Shown one piece after another: positions 1 through 9,801 of a stretch of DNA of 64,000 nucleotides. The stretch lies in the NCBI RefSeq assembly GCF_044647545.1, contig NZ_CP172818.1. One strand, given 5' to 3'. Positions within the stretch are counted from its first letter, which is position 1, and the number at the start of each line of letters is the position of its first letter. Position numbers and translations under genes: made by a program. The notes beneath the pieces were generated by a model, which saw nothing but the letters and a program-made list of their open reading frames with translations, searched no databases and was not told the DNA's origin. The DNA comes from Escherichia coli (lineage in GTDB: Bacteria; Pseudomonadota; Gammaproteobacteria; Enterobacterales; Enterobacteriaceae).

Positions 1-150
1 CCCCAGATCAACAATTTCCGCGCCAAGGCGTTTTAGCTCCTCGGCATCACGTTTAATTTCACTTTTACTGACCCAGATAATTTCATCGTCTTCGTCTTCG
101 ATGTCATCACCGGGAACGTCGTCGAGCCAGTCTTCGGGCTGCTTAGTCAT
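1..150 (-). CDS. yjgA: N-terminal ~50 codons of YjgA/DarP-like protein; gene continues past window start
   Basis: Minus-strand ATG at 148..150; direct translation [35 protein letters not shown]... matches recalled YjgA N-terminus; divergent to pmbA. Confidence 0.75.
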
Positions 151-243
151 CTCAGGCTCCTTAAAAAAAGAGGCTAATGTTACCAGTTAAGATGCGCACT
201 GAAAAACGGTTCTCTGTTAGACTTCAGAGAAACTCTCTACATT

Positions 244-1596
244 ATGGCACTTGCAATGAAAGTAATCTCTCAAGTTGAAGCGCAGCGCAAGATTCTGGAA
301 GAAGCAGTTTCCACTGCGCTGGAGTTGGCCTCAGGCAAATCGGACGGTGCGGAAGTTGCCGTCAGCAAGACCACCGGCATTAGCGTAAGCACGCGTTATG
401 GTGAAGTGGAGAATGTTGAATTCAATAGCGATGGCGCGCTGGGGATCACTGTTTATCACCAGAACCGCAAAGGTAGCGCATCATCCACCGATTTAAGCCC
501 GCAGGCCATTGCCCGCACCGTACAGGCGGCGCTGGATATTGCCCGTTATACCTCGCCAGATCCCTGTGCCGGCGTGGCAGACAAAGAGCTGCTGGCCTTT
601 GAGGCACCGGATCTCGATTTGTTCCACCCTGCGGAAGTTTCCCCGGATGAAGCCATTGAACTGGCGGCCCGCGCAGAACAGGCAGCATTACAGGCGGACA
701 AACGTATCACCAATACCGAAGGTGGCAGCTTTAACAGCCACTACGGTGTCAAAGTTTTTGGCAACAGCCACGGCATGTTGCAGGGTTACTGCTCTACGCG
801 TCATTCGCTCTCCAGCTGTGTAATTGCCGAAGAAAATGGCGATATGGAGCGTGATTACGCCTACACCATTGGTCGTGCGATGAGCGATCTGCAAACGCCA
901 GAGTGGGTTGGGGCCGACTGTGCTCGCCGTACTTTATCGCGCCTGTCACCGCGTAAACTCTCCACCATGAAAGCGCCGGTCATTTTTGCCAATGAAGTGG
1001 CAACCGGGCTTTTTGGGCATCTGGTGGGGGCGATAGCGGGTGGAGCGGTTTACCGTAAATCTACCTTCCTGCTGGATTCGCTGGGTAAACAAATTCTGCC
1101 GGACTGGCTGACCATTGAAGAGCATCCGCATCTGCTGAAAGGGCTGGCATCGACGCCATTTGACAGCGAAGGTGTGCGCACCGAGCGTCGCGATATTATT
1201 AAAGATGGCATCCTGACTCAGTGGCTGCTGACCAGCTATTCGGCGCGAAAACTGGGGCTGAAAAGCACCGGACATGCGGGCGGTATTCACAACTGGCGGA
1301 TTGCCGGACAAGGGCTAAGCTTCGAACAAATGCTCAAAGAGATGGGCACCGGGCTGGTGGTGACGGAGCTGATGGGCCAGGGCGTGAGTGCAATTACCGG
1401 TGATTATTCCCGTGGTGCGGCGGGCTTCTGGGTAGAAAACGGCGAAATTCAGTATCCGGTTAGCGAAATCACCATCGCAGGTAATTTAAAAGATATGTGG
1501 CGCAATATTGTCACCGTCGGTAACGATATTGAAACACGCAGTAATATACAGTGTGGTTCTGTGCTGTTGCCGGAGATGAAAATCGCCGGGCAGTAA
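244..1596 (+). CDS. pmbA: PmbA/TldE metalloprotease subunit, 450 aa
   Basis: ORF track 244..1596; translation [22 protein letters not shown]... and length match recalled PmbA. Confidence 0.95.
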   Translation: MALAMKVISQVEAQRKILEEAVSTALELASGKSDGAEVAVSKTTGISVSTRYGEVENVEFNSDGALGITVYHQNRKGSASSTDLSPQAIARTVQAALDIARYTSPDPCAGVADKELLAFEAPDLDLFHPAEVSPDEAIELAARAEQAALQADKRITNTEGGSFNSHYGVKVFGNSHGMLQGYCSTRHSLSSCVIAEENGDMERDYAYTIGRAMSDLQTPEWVGADCARRTLSRLSPRKLSTMKAPVIFANEVATGLFGHLVGAIAGGAVYRKSTFLLDSLGKQILPDWLTIEEHPHLLKGLASTPFDSEGVRTERRDIIKDGILTQWLLTSYSARKLGLKSTGHAGGIHNWRIAGQGLSFEQMLKEMGTGLVVTELMGQGVSAITGDYSRGAAGFWVENGEIQYPVSEITIAGNLKDMWRNIVTVGNDIETRSNIQCGSVLLPEMKIAGQ

Positions 1597-1640
1597 AAAA
1601 CTGGCGCGACCTGCCGCGCCAATCTTCATAAAGGAAGTGA

Positions 1641-2030
<390 letters not shown>

Positions 2031-2074
2031 TTCCTCATTTCCCTGTTGCCTGCACTCAGGTAACAGGGAACTTA

Positions 2075-2539
2075 TCATCGCAAATGATGCACCACCTGAT
2101 TGCTGCTGCCGCGCCAGATCAGGGAAGGGTCTTTTAAATCCTGCACAAATTTGCCGTCGACCAGTACGTTAATCAAATCAACAACCTGCATTTGCGCAGC
2201 GTTGAGATCGTCGAGTTTATAGCCTGTCCACACCCAGATGTCTTTATCCGGACACTCGGCGCGGATGCGTTTTACCAGTTTCAGAATATCCGGCACGTTT
2301 TGCGGATGCAGCGGATCGCCGCCGGAGAGGGAAATCCCCTGGCGTTTGATACGAGTGTCATTCAGATCGTTAATGATCTGGTCTTCCATTGCTTTGGTAA
2401 ATGGCTGACCAGAATTTACCCGCCATGTGCTTTTGTTATAGCAACCGGGGCATTCATGAACACACCCGGAGACAAACAGGGTGCAGCGAGTGCCGGGGCC
2501 GTTGACGATGTCGACAGGATAGTACTGATGATAATTCAT
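2075..2539 (-). CDS. nrdG: Anaerobic ribonucleotide reductase activating protein (radical SAM), 154 aa
   Basis: ORF 2075..2539 minus; Cys-rich CxxxCxxC-type region (CTLFVSGCVHECPGC); sits downstream of nrdD. Confidence 0.93.
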   Translation of the reverse strand: MNYHQYYPVDIVNGPGTRCTLFVSGCVHECPGCYNKSTWRVNSGQPFTKAMEDQIINDLNDTRIKRQGISLSGGDPLHPQNVPDILKLVKRIRAECPDKDIWVWTGYKLDDLNAAQMQVVDLINVLVDGKFVQDLKDPSLIWRGSSNQVVHHLR

Positions 2540-2559
2540 TATTTCGCCTGGCTTATCAG

Positions 2560-2692
<133 letters not shown>

Positions 2693-2698
2693 TGAAGA

Positions 2699-4837
2699 TT
2701 AACCTATCTGCCCATTCCCCAAATGTTTAACGCGGCGCTTAACTTCTTCCTGCTTACCAGCGTTAAACGGACGTGCATCCGGGCTACCTAAATATCCGCA
2801 CACGCGGCGAGTTACCGACACACGGGAGGCGTCATGGTTACCACATTTCGGGCAAGTAAAGCCTTTGCTGGTGCACTCGAACTCACCGGTAAAGCCACAC
2901 TCGTAGCACTCATCAATCGGTGTATTGGTGCCGTAATACGGTACATGCTGATAGCTGTAATCCCAGACATCTTCCAGCGCTTTCAGGTTGTGCTGAATGT
3001 TTGGATACTCGCCGTAGCAAATGAAACCACCGTTCGCCAGCGGCGGGTAAGGCGCTTCAAAGTCGATCTTGTCGTACGGGTTAACCTTCTTCTCCACATC
3101 AAGGTGGAAACTGTTGGTGTAGTAACCTTTATCGGTCACGCCCGGCACCACGCCAAACTCAGCAGTATCGAGACGGCAGAAGCGGTCGCACAGGTTTTCA
3201 CTCGGCGTGCTGTAGAGACTGAAACCATAACCCGTTTCTTCTTTCCACTGATCCACTGCCTGACGCAGACGTTCAACAATCGCGATACCTTTCGCGCGGA
3301 GCTGCTCGTTGTCGTAAACATGCTCGCCGCCGAACAGCGCGTTAATGGTTTCGTGGATGCCGATGTAACCCAGCGAAATAGACGCACGACCGTTTTTGAA
3401 GATTTCAGAAACATCATCGTCAGCATTCAGACGCACGCCACAAGCACCTTCCATATAAAGGATCGGGGCCACGCGCGCTTTCACGCCTTCCAGACGAGCG
3501 ATACGGGTCATCAGCGCCTTACGTGCCAGCACCAGACGTTCATCCAGCAGCTTCCAGAAGGTGGCTTCATCGCCTTTTGCTTCCAGAGCAATACGCGGCA
3601 GGTTCAGGCTGATCACGCCGAGGTTGTTACGACCATCGTGGATCTGCTCGCCGTTTTCATTTTCCCACACGCCGAGGAAGCTGCGGCAGCCCATCGGGGT
3701 TTTAAACGAACCGGTGACTTTCACTACCTGATCGTAGTTCAGGATATCCGGATACATGCGCTTGCTTGCGCACTCCAGCGCCAGCTGTTTGATGTCGTAG
3801 TTCGGATCGCCTTTTTTATGGTTCAGACCATCGCGAATCGCAAACACCAGTTTCGGGAACACCGCAGTTTTACGGTTTTTACCGAGACCTGCGATACGGT
3901 TACGCAGGATAGATTCCTGAATCAGGCGCGATTCCCAGCTGGTGCCCAGACCAAAACCAAAAGTTACAAACGGCGTTTGACCGTTGGCGGTATGCAGGGT
4001 GTTTACTTCGTACTCCAGCGACTGGAAGGCATCGTAGCACTCTTTAATGGTACGAGAGTTAGCGTAGCCTTCTGCGTCCGGGATGCTCCACTCTTCTGCG
4101 GTCTTGCGATGTTTGTTGTAGCTGGCGGTGACAAACGGTGCCAGCACTTCATCGATACGGTTAATGGTGGTGCCGCCATAAATATGGCTGGCAACCTGAG
4201 CAATAATCTGCGCAGTTACCGCGGTTGCCGTTGAGATCGACTTCGGCGGTTCAATCTCGGCGTTCCCCATTTTAAAGCCCTGGGTCAGCATGCCTTTCAG
4301 GTCGATCAACATGCAGTTGAACATCGGGAAAAACGGTGAGTAATCGAGATCGTGATAGTGAATATCGCCACGCTCATGTGCCTGCACCACGTCACGCGGC
4401 AGCAGGTGCTGACGTGCATAGTGTTTAGCCACGATCCCGGCCAGCAGGTCGCGCTGGGTTGGAATCACCTTGCTGTCTTTGTTGGCGTTTTCGTTGAGTA
4501 ACGAGGCGTTGGTCTGCTCGACCAGACCACGGATCTCCTGGTTCAGGCGACCGCGTTTTTCACGTTCAATGTCGCGATCGTGACGGTACTCGATGTAAGC
4601 GCGAGCCAGTTGTTTGTATGGACCCGACATCAGCTGGTTTTCAACTGCGGTCTGGATCTCGTTGATATCCACCTGGTTGCGGCCCTGCATCTGCTCGCTG
4701 ACAACCGCGGCAACAGTGGCGCAATAATCGGCATCATCGACTTCCGCTGCTTTAGCTGCACGCAGAATCGCTTCTTTGATGCGCTCTGATTTAAACGGCA
4801 CTTTGCAGCCGTCTCGTTTCATCACATGCGGTGTCAT
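2699..4837 (-). CDS. nrdD: Anaerobic ribonucleoside-triphosphate reductase, 712 aa
   Basis: ORF 2699..4837 minus; C-terminal glycyl-radical region and Cys cluster (CYECGFTGEFECTSKGFTCPKCGNHD) visible in translation. Confidence 0.95.
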   Translation of the reverse strand: MTPHVMKRDGCKVPFKSERIKEAILRAAKAAEVDDADYCATVAAVVSEQMQGRNQVDINEIQTAVENQLMSGPYKQLARAYIEYRHDRDIEREKRGRLNQEIRGLVEQTNASLLNENANKDSKVIPTQRDLLAGIVAKHYARQHLLPRDVVQAHERGDIHYHDLDYSPFFPMFNCMLIDLKGMLTQGFKMGNAEIEPPKSISTATAVTAQIIAQVASHIYGGTTINRIDEVLAPFVTASYNKHRKTAEEWSIPDAEGYANSRTIKECYDAFQSLEYEVNTLHTANGQTPFVTFGFGLGTSWESRLIQESILRNRIAGLGKNRKTAVFPKLVFAIRDGLNHKKGDPNYDIKQLALECASKRMYPDILNYDQVVKVTGSFKTPMGCRSFLGVWENENGEQIHDGRNNLGVISLNLPRIALEAKGDEATFWKLLDERLVLARKALMTRIARLEGVKARVAPILYMEGACGVRLNADDDVSEIFKNGRASISLGYIGIHETINALFGGEHVYDNEQLRAKGIAIVERLRQAVDQWKEETGYGFSLYSTPSENLCDRFCRLDTAEFGVVPGVTDKGYYTNSFHLDVEKKVNPYDKIDFEAPYPPLANGGFICYGEYPNIQHNLKALEDVWDYSYQHVPYYGTNTPIDECYECGFTGEFECTSKGFTCPKCGNHDASRVSVTRRVCGYLGSPDARPFNAGKQEEVKRRVKHLGNGQIG

Positions 4838-4989
4838 GATCGCTCCATATTTTTAAGAACAGGTTATCCACAGAAATTGGGAAAGGCGTTTTCCGGTTTT
4901 TTCGTTTCGTTTTCCGGTGCTTTCCGCAATCGCCATCCGCTTATCCACAACGCCGCACCTTTTTCGTGGGGAGCTGTAGTAGCAATTAT

Positions 4990-5090
4990 AGTCGATTAAT
5001 ACAACATATTGGGTTGGGACGCATTTTAAAGTCTATATATAGTGCTTTGCATCAAGGATGTTTTAACTTTTTTTGATGTAGCTCAAAGTA
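4990..5090 (-). promoter_or_regulatory. Candidate nrdDG control region: FNR-like site TTGATgtagCTCAA (5073..5086) and AT-rich NrdR-box-like palindromes
   Basis: One-mismatch match to TTGAT-N4-ATCAA upstream of anaerobically expressed nrdD; palindromic atacaacatattg / ctatatatag nearby; positions not verified against a mapped TSS. Confidence 0.3.
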
Positions 5091-5230
5091 AAAAGCAGAG
5101 CGTACGGATGACGGGCGCTACAGCGTTATGTAAATTTTTTAATGAATTTGCTGGTTGAAAAATCAACAAAAACAACATGCTGACAGACAAAACCCCGGAA
5201 TGACCGGCATTACCGGGGCTTAGGGAAGAT

Positions 5231-6886
5231 TTACTTCTGTAACCACCAGACAGCCTCAAAAGGCCGTAAATTCATGGCACAGGGTTGTGGTGAGGCTTCT
5301 TCGTAGTTATGCATCACAAGCTGCCAGTTGCCGCGCATTTGCCCTGGCTGCCAGGGTTGGATCTCACGGCTAAGGTTGGCAATGACCAGCAAGGTTTGCC
5401 CCTTCCATTCACGGCAATAGCACCACAATACAGGGCTGTTTGGCAGCAGATCCTGGTAATTGCCCCATGTCAGGATGGCTTCTTGCTTACGCAGTGCGAT
5501 TAACTTTTGGTAGGTGTAAAACACCGAGGACTCATCGGCCAGCGCGGCTTCTACGTTGATTTGTTGATAGTTATCGCCCAGGCCAATCCACGGTTCGCCA
5601 GCCGTAAACCCGGCATTATCGCCGTTGCTCCATTGCATGGGCGTGCGGCTGTTGTCACGGGATTTACTGGCGAGGATTGCCAATAACTCGTCGGCATCAC
5701 GACCATCGTTGCGCAGCTCGGCAAACATATTGAGGCTCTCCACGTCGCGATAGTCAGTAATGCGCGTGAAATGCGGGTTGGTCATGCCAATCTCTTCGCC
5801 CTGGTAGATATACGGCGTTCCCTGCATGCCATGCAGCACCATCGCCAGCATTTTTGCCGCAGGCACGCGGTATTCACCTTCATCACCAAAGCGAGAAATA
5901 ATGCGCGGCTGATCGTGGTTACACCAGAACAAGGCATTCCATGCCACGTTGTGCATTCCTTGTTGCCAGTGGCGGAACAATGTTTTCAACGCCACAAAGT
6001 CAGGTTTAGCCAGCGTCCATTTTTCACCACCGGGATAATCGACCTTCAGGTGATGAAAATTAAAGGTCATCGACAATTCACTGCCTGTCAGTGCCGCGTA
6101 TCGCTGGCAATGCTCAAGGCTGGTGGAGGACATTTCACCTACGGTCATTAACCCGCGTGGCGTAAACACATCGCGGTTCATCTCGTGCAAAAACTCGTGT
6201 GCTCGTGGCCCGTCGGTGTAGAAGCGACGCCCGTCGCCATCCAGGTCATCAGGGAAACGTGGGTCTTTGGAGATCAGATTCACCACATCCAGGCGCAACC
6301 CGTCGACCCCACGATCGGCCCAGAACTCACAGACTTTTTTCAGCTCTGCGCGTACCGCTGGATTCTCCCAGTTGAGATCCGCCTGCTCTGGTGCAAAGAG
6401 ATGCAAATAGTACTGTTCGCTTTCCGCATGCCAGCGCCACGCACTACCGCCAAATTTTGAACGCCAGTTGTTCGGTGGCGTTTCTGGTTCGCCATCGCGC
6501 CAGATATAAAACTGGCGGTAAGGGCTTTCTTTGTTCAGCGCCTCGCGAAACCAGGCATGTTGGGTAGAGGTATGGTTAAACACCATATCGAGAATGATAC
6601 GAATCCCGCGCGATTTTGCCTGCGTCACCAGTTCGTCAAAATCGTCCAGCGTGCCGTAAGTGGGATCAATCGCCGTATAGTTCGCTACGTCGTAACCGTT
6701 ATCGACCTGGGGAGAGACATAAAAGGGGGTTAGCCAGATGGCATCAACGCCCAGTTTATGCAGATAGCCCAGGCGTTGGATAACGCCACGTAAATCGCCG
6801 GTGCCGCTACCCGTGGTGTCCTGAAAACTCTTTGGATAAATCTGGTAGATAACGCCGTTTTGCCACCAGTGGGGAAGATTAGTCAT
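5231..6886 (-). CDS. treC: Trehalose-6-phosphate hydrolase, 551 aa
   Basis: ORF track extends to 7033, but start placed at ATG 6884..6886 (MTNLPHWWQNGVIYQIYPKSF...) giving 551 aa; GH13 motifs in translation. Confidence 0.92.
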   Translation of the reverse strand: MTNLPHWWQNGVIYQIYPKSFQDTTGSGTGDLRGVIQRLGYLHKLGVDAIWLTPFYVSPQVDNGYDVANYTAIDPTYGTLDDFDELVTQAKSRGIRIILDMVFNHTSTQHAWFREALNKESPYRQFYIWRDGEPETPPNNWRSKFGGSAWRWHAESEQYYLHLFAPEQADLNWENPAVRAELKKVCEFWADRGVDGLRLDVVNLISKDPRFPDDLDGDGRRFYTDGPRAHEFLHEMNRDVFTPRGLMTVGEMSSTSLEHCQRYAALTGSELSMTFNFHHLKVDYPGGEKWTLAKPDFVALKTLFRHWQQGMHNVAWNALFWCNHDQPRIISRFGDEGEYRVPAAKMLAMVLHGMQGTPYIYQGEEIGMTNPHFTRITDYRDVESLNMFAELRNDGRDADELLAILASKSRDNSRTPMQWSNGDNAGFTAGEPWIGLGDNYQQINVEAALADESSVFYTYQKLIALRKQEAILTWGNYQDLLPNSPVLWCYCREWKGQTLLVIANLSREIQPWQPGQMRGNWQLVMHNYEEASPQPCAMNLRPFEAVWWLQK

Positions 6887-6935
6887 TACGTTATTCCTGC
6901 AAATGCGAGAGGGCGCAATTGCGCCCCGAAGAAAA

Positions 6936-8357
6936 TTAAACAATGTCCAGCGTGCCCAGGCGGTATTTCCGCTGATAGATAAACGAGGTGAGTACAATCG
7001 GGATGATGATGGCGATAGCCATTGCCAGCGCAAACACCTGCCAGTAGCTCGGTTGAATCGAGAGAATTCCCGGCAGGCCGCCTACGCCGATGCCATTCGC
7101 CATAACGCCGTTCAGGCCGCATAGCAATCCTGCCAGACCAGAACCAATCATCGCGCACAGCATCGGGAAGCGATATTTCAGGTTGATGCCGTACATTGCA
7201 GGCTCAGTGACCCCAAGCCAGGCGGAGATAGCGGCAGGCACGGAGATCTCGCGTTCATTGTGCTTGCGGCTGGAAATGATAATGCCTATCACGGCGGAGC
7301 CCTGAGCGATATTCGACAGCGCAATCAGCGGCCACACTGGCGTGCCACCCATGCTTTGAATCATCTGCAAATCAATAGCAAGGGTGGTCTGGTGTACGCC
7401 GGTGATCACCAGCGGCGCGTACAGGAAGCCAAACAATGCCGCACCAATCGGAGCAAAGCTGCCGGTCATCAGGTGACGTACCGCAAAGGCAACGCCATCG
7501 CCAATCATGCGACCAAACGGACCAATCAGCGCATGGGCGAGGAACACCGCGAGGATCAGCGAACAGACGGGTACCACCACCAGATAGAGGTAATCCGGCA
7601 CGATGCGTTTAAGGCGAGTTTCAATAACGCCCAGCGCCAGTCCGGCTAACAGTGCCGGGATCACCTGCGCCTGATAGCCTACTTTGGCGATGCTGAACAT
7701 GCCAAAGTCCCACACTTCCGGCAGCTGCTGCCCGAGCAGATAAGCGTTCATCAGCTGTGGAGAAACCAGTGTCACGCCAAGCACGATACCGAGGATCGGC
7801 GTGCCGCCCATTTTTTTCACCGCTGACCAGCAAATCCCGACCGGCAGGTAGAAGAAGATCGCTTCACCGATCAACCACAGAAAATCGTAGATCGTTTGCA
7901 GGGAAGGGTACATTTGCGCCAGCGTTTGACCGTTGCTCATGGGCAAATCGCCGATCACATTGCGAAAACCGAGGATCAAACCGCCGCTAATCAACGCGGG
8001 CAGCAACGGGAAGAAGATCTCCGCGAAATGAGAGATCAACTGCTCATGCCATTTCATATTCTGCCGGGCGGCTTTTTTTACCTGCTCTTTATCAACCTGC
8101 GCCTGTCCGGTTGACGCTATTAGTGCTTGATAGTAATCACCCACATTGGTGCCAATCACCACCTGAAATTGCCCGGCATTGGTGAAACAGCCTTTCACCA
8201 TGGGGAGTTGCTCAATTTCTTTCGGTCTGGCATTGGCCGGTTGGTTGAGGACAAAGCGCAGGCGAGTAATACAGTGGCTCACTGTCGCAATATTGCCGCG
8301 CCCGCCGACCAGTTCAATCAACCGATCGATATCCGTTTGGTTTATTTTGCTCATCAT
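6936..8357 (-). CDS. treB: PTS trehalose-specific EIIBC component, 473 aa
   Basis: ORF 6936..8357 minus; N-terminal EIIB motif (VSHCITRLRF) followed by polytopic membrane domain. Confidence 0.94.
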   Translation of the reverse strand: MMSKINQTDIDRLIELVGGRGNIATVSHCITRLRFVLNQPANARPKEIEQLPMVKGCFTNAGQFQVVIGTNVGDYYQALIASTGQAQVDKEQVKKAARQNMKWHEQLISHFAEIFFPLLPALISGGLILGFRNVIGDLPMSNGQTLAQMYPSLQTIYDFLWLIGEAIFFYLPVGICWSAVKKMGGTPILGIVLGVTLVSPQLMNAYLLGQQLPEVWDFGMFSIAKVGYQAQVIPALLAGLALGVIETRLKRIVPDYLYLVVVPVCSLILAVFLAHALIGPFGRMIGDGVAFAVRHLMTGSFAPIGAALFGFLYAPLVITGVHQTTLAIDLQMIQSMGGTPVWPLIALSNIAQGSAVIGIIISSRKHNEREISVPAAISAWLGVTEPAMYGINLKYRFPMLCAMIGSGLAGLLCGLNGVMANGIGVGGLPGILSIQPSYWQVFALAMAIAIIIPIVLTSFIYQRKYRLGTLDIV

Positions 8358-8475
8358 AAAGCCCCATGGCAGATGACATTTTTGGTTGGCTGCAGAATAT
8401 ATTGCGCGGAAAAATTTAAAAACGGGAACGTTCCCGAAACGCAGCGAAGATCACAATTTATCGTTCAGGAAACGA

Positions 8476-9423
8476 TCAGGACAGGGTGGCGGGGATGATG
8501 ATTTGTTGCGGTTCGCTGCGCCCGGTTACCTGTGCGATCAATTGGCAGGCCGCCTGGCGTCCAGCTTCGGCGTAACCGGGATCTACGGTGACGATCTCCG
8601 GATGGAGGAATTTCATTAACGGTGTATTACCGACGCTCGCCAGTTGCAAGGTGTCGATGCGTTGCTCTTGCAGGTATTTACTTGCGCCAAGTGCCAGCGT
8701 GTCGGTTGCGCACAGTAACGCAGTAGTTTCAGGCGTAATCACTTTTGCCACGTTCTCATAGCCTTGCTTCATAGCAAGCCCTGGCAGAGCGGCAACGGGA
8801 TGCAGTTTATGCGCTTTGCAGAACGCCAGGTAGGCTTCGTGACGTCGCTTACCGGTTGTCACGTCACTATGCGGCACGCCGAGATAACTGATATTACGAT
8901 GCCCCTGGTCATACAGCCGTTGCATCAGGATCTTGATTGCCCCTTCGTCGTCATAACAGACCGAAGCAAAGCCTTTTGCGTCACGCGCCAGCAGAACCAG
9001 CGATGACTGCCAGTGGGCTAACATTTCTTCTGTTATGCCAGTAAAACCGAACAGCACTACGCCGTCGATATTACGCCGTTTCAGCACCCCCAAATGTTCG
9101 GCAACTAATTGTGGGGAAAACTGACTTTCCATCATGATTGGGTCGTAACCTTGTTCATAGAACGCTGGCAGCATGGTTTGAACGGCGAGATTTTCTGACA
9201 ACGAATCCAGACGGGTAACAATGATGGCGACCACTTTATCGCTTTGCCCACGCATAGCGCGCGCAGAGCGGGAAGGGGAAAATCCATGCTGATTCATCAC
9301 TGCTTCAACACGCTCGCGGGTGCGCTGGCTCACGCCGCTTTCGTTATTCAGCACCCGGGAAACTGTAGATTTCCCCACGCCGCTTAAGCGTGCGATGTCT
9401 TTGATGGTCAGCCGATTTTGCAT
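8476..9423 (-). CDS. treR: LacI-family trehalose repressor, 315 aa
   Basis: ORF 8476..9423 minus; N-terminal HTH (TIKDIARLSGVGKSTVSRVLNN) typical of LacI/GalR family; adjacent to treBC. Confidence 0.94.
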   Translation of the reverse strand: MQNRLTIKDIARLSGVGKSTVSRVLNNESGVSQRTRERVEAVMNQHGFSPSRSARAMRGQSDKVVAIIVTRLDSLSENLAVQTMLPAFYEQGYDPIMMESQFSPQLVAEHLGVLKRRNIDGVVLFGFTGITEEMLAHWQSSLVLLARDAKGFASVCYDDEGAIKILMQRLYDQGHRNISYLGVPHSDVTTGKRRHEAYLAFCKAHKLHPVAALPGLAMKQGYENVAKVITPETTALLCATDTLALGASKYLQEQRIDTLQLASVGNTPLMKFLHPEIVTVDPGYAEAGRQAACQLIAQVTGRSEPQQIIIPATLS

Positions 9424-9497
9424 CCTGTTGTCCTGTAACGTGTTGTTTAATTATTTGAGCCTAACTTTACCCGTGCATTCAGCAATGGGTAAAGTCT

Positions 9498-9514
9498 GGT
9501 TTATCGTTGGTTTA
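9498..9514 (+). promoter_or_regulatory. PhoP box direct repeat GGTTTA-N5-GGTTTA with -10 TATTAT at 9527..9532
   Basis: ggtttatcgttggttta read directly; spacing to -10 hexamer consistent with PhoP-activated promoters lacking a -35. Confidence 0.6.
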
Positions 9515-9537
9515 GTTGCCAGCAGGTATTATATCGC

Positions 9538-9801
9538 CATAGATGCTACGAATATTATTGGATTCTCCTTATTATTTGCGGCGCTTTTTTCACTTACCGG
9601 AGGTTATATGGAACCTGATCCCACGCCTCTCCCTCGACGGAGATTAAAACTTTTCCGGTAAGCCCGTCTTTTCACGGCGTTACCGGATGCGTAAGGCCGT
9701 GACGTTTTAACGTCCCTGCTCAGCTTTATTACCTTCAGGTAAGGCTTCGCCACGCCTGAAGACATTTCTGTACTGTTTCAGACAGTGCGGAGGGACTCCT
9801 T
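9538..9801 (+). promoter_or_regulatory. mgtA 5' leader (Mg2+/proline-sensing leader region containing mgtL)
   Basis: ~264-nt untranslated interval between inferred TSS and mgtA ATG, containing the Pro-rich leader ORF; length matches the known mgtA leader. Confidence 0.55.
9608..9661 (+). CDS. mgtL: mgtA leader peptide, 17 aa ([17 protein letters not shown])
   Basis: ATG 9608, TAA 9659..9661; proline-rich 17-codon ORF read directly in the mgtA leader. Confidence 0.8.

Noticed and set aside
2041..2068. Possible terminator after cybC
   Set aside because: Inverted repeat ccctgtt...aacaggg has a 14-nt loop and no U-tract on either strand; not called.
2834..4234. 466-aa ORF antisense to nrdD
   Set aside because: Lies entirely within the well-supported nrdD coding region on the opposite strand; a typical antisense open frame.
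6886..7033. N-terminal extension of the treC ORF into treB
   Set aside because: The upstream Met would overlap the treB 3' end and add 49 residues absent from the recalled TreC; the internal ATG at 6884..6886 gives the expected 551 aa.
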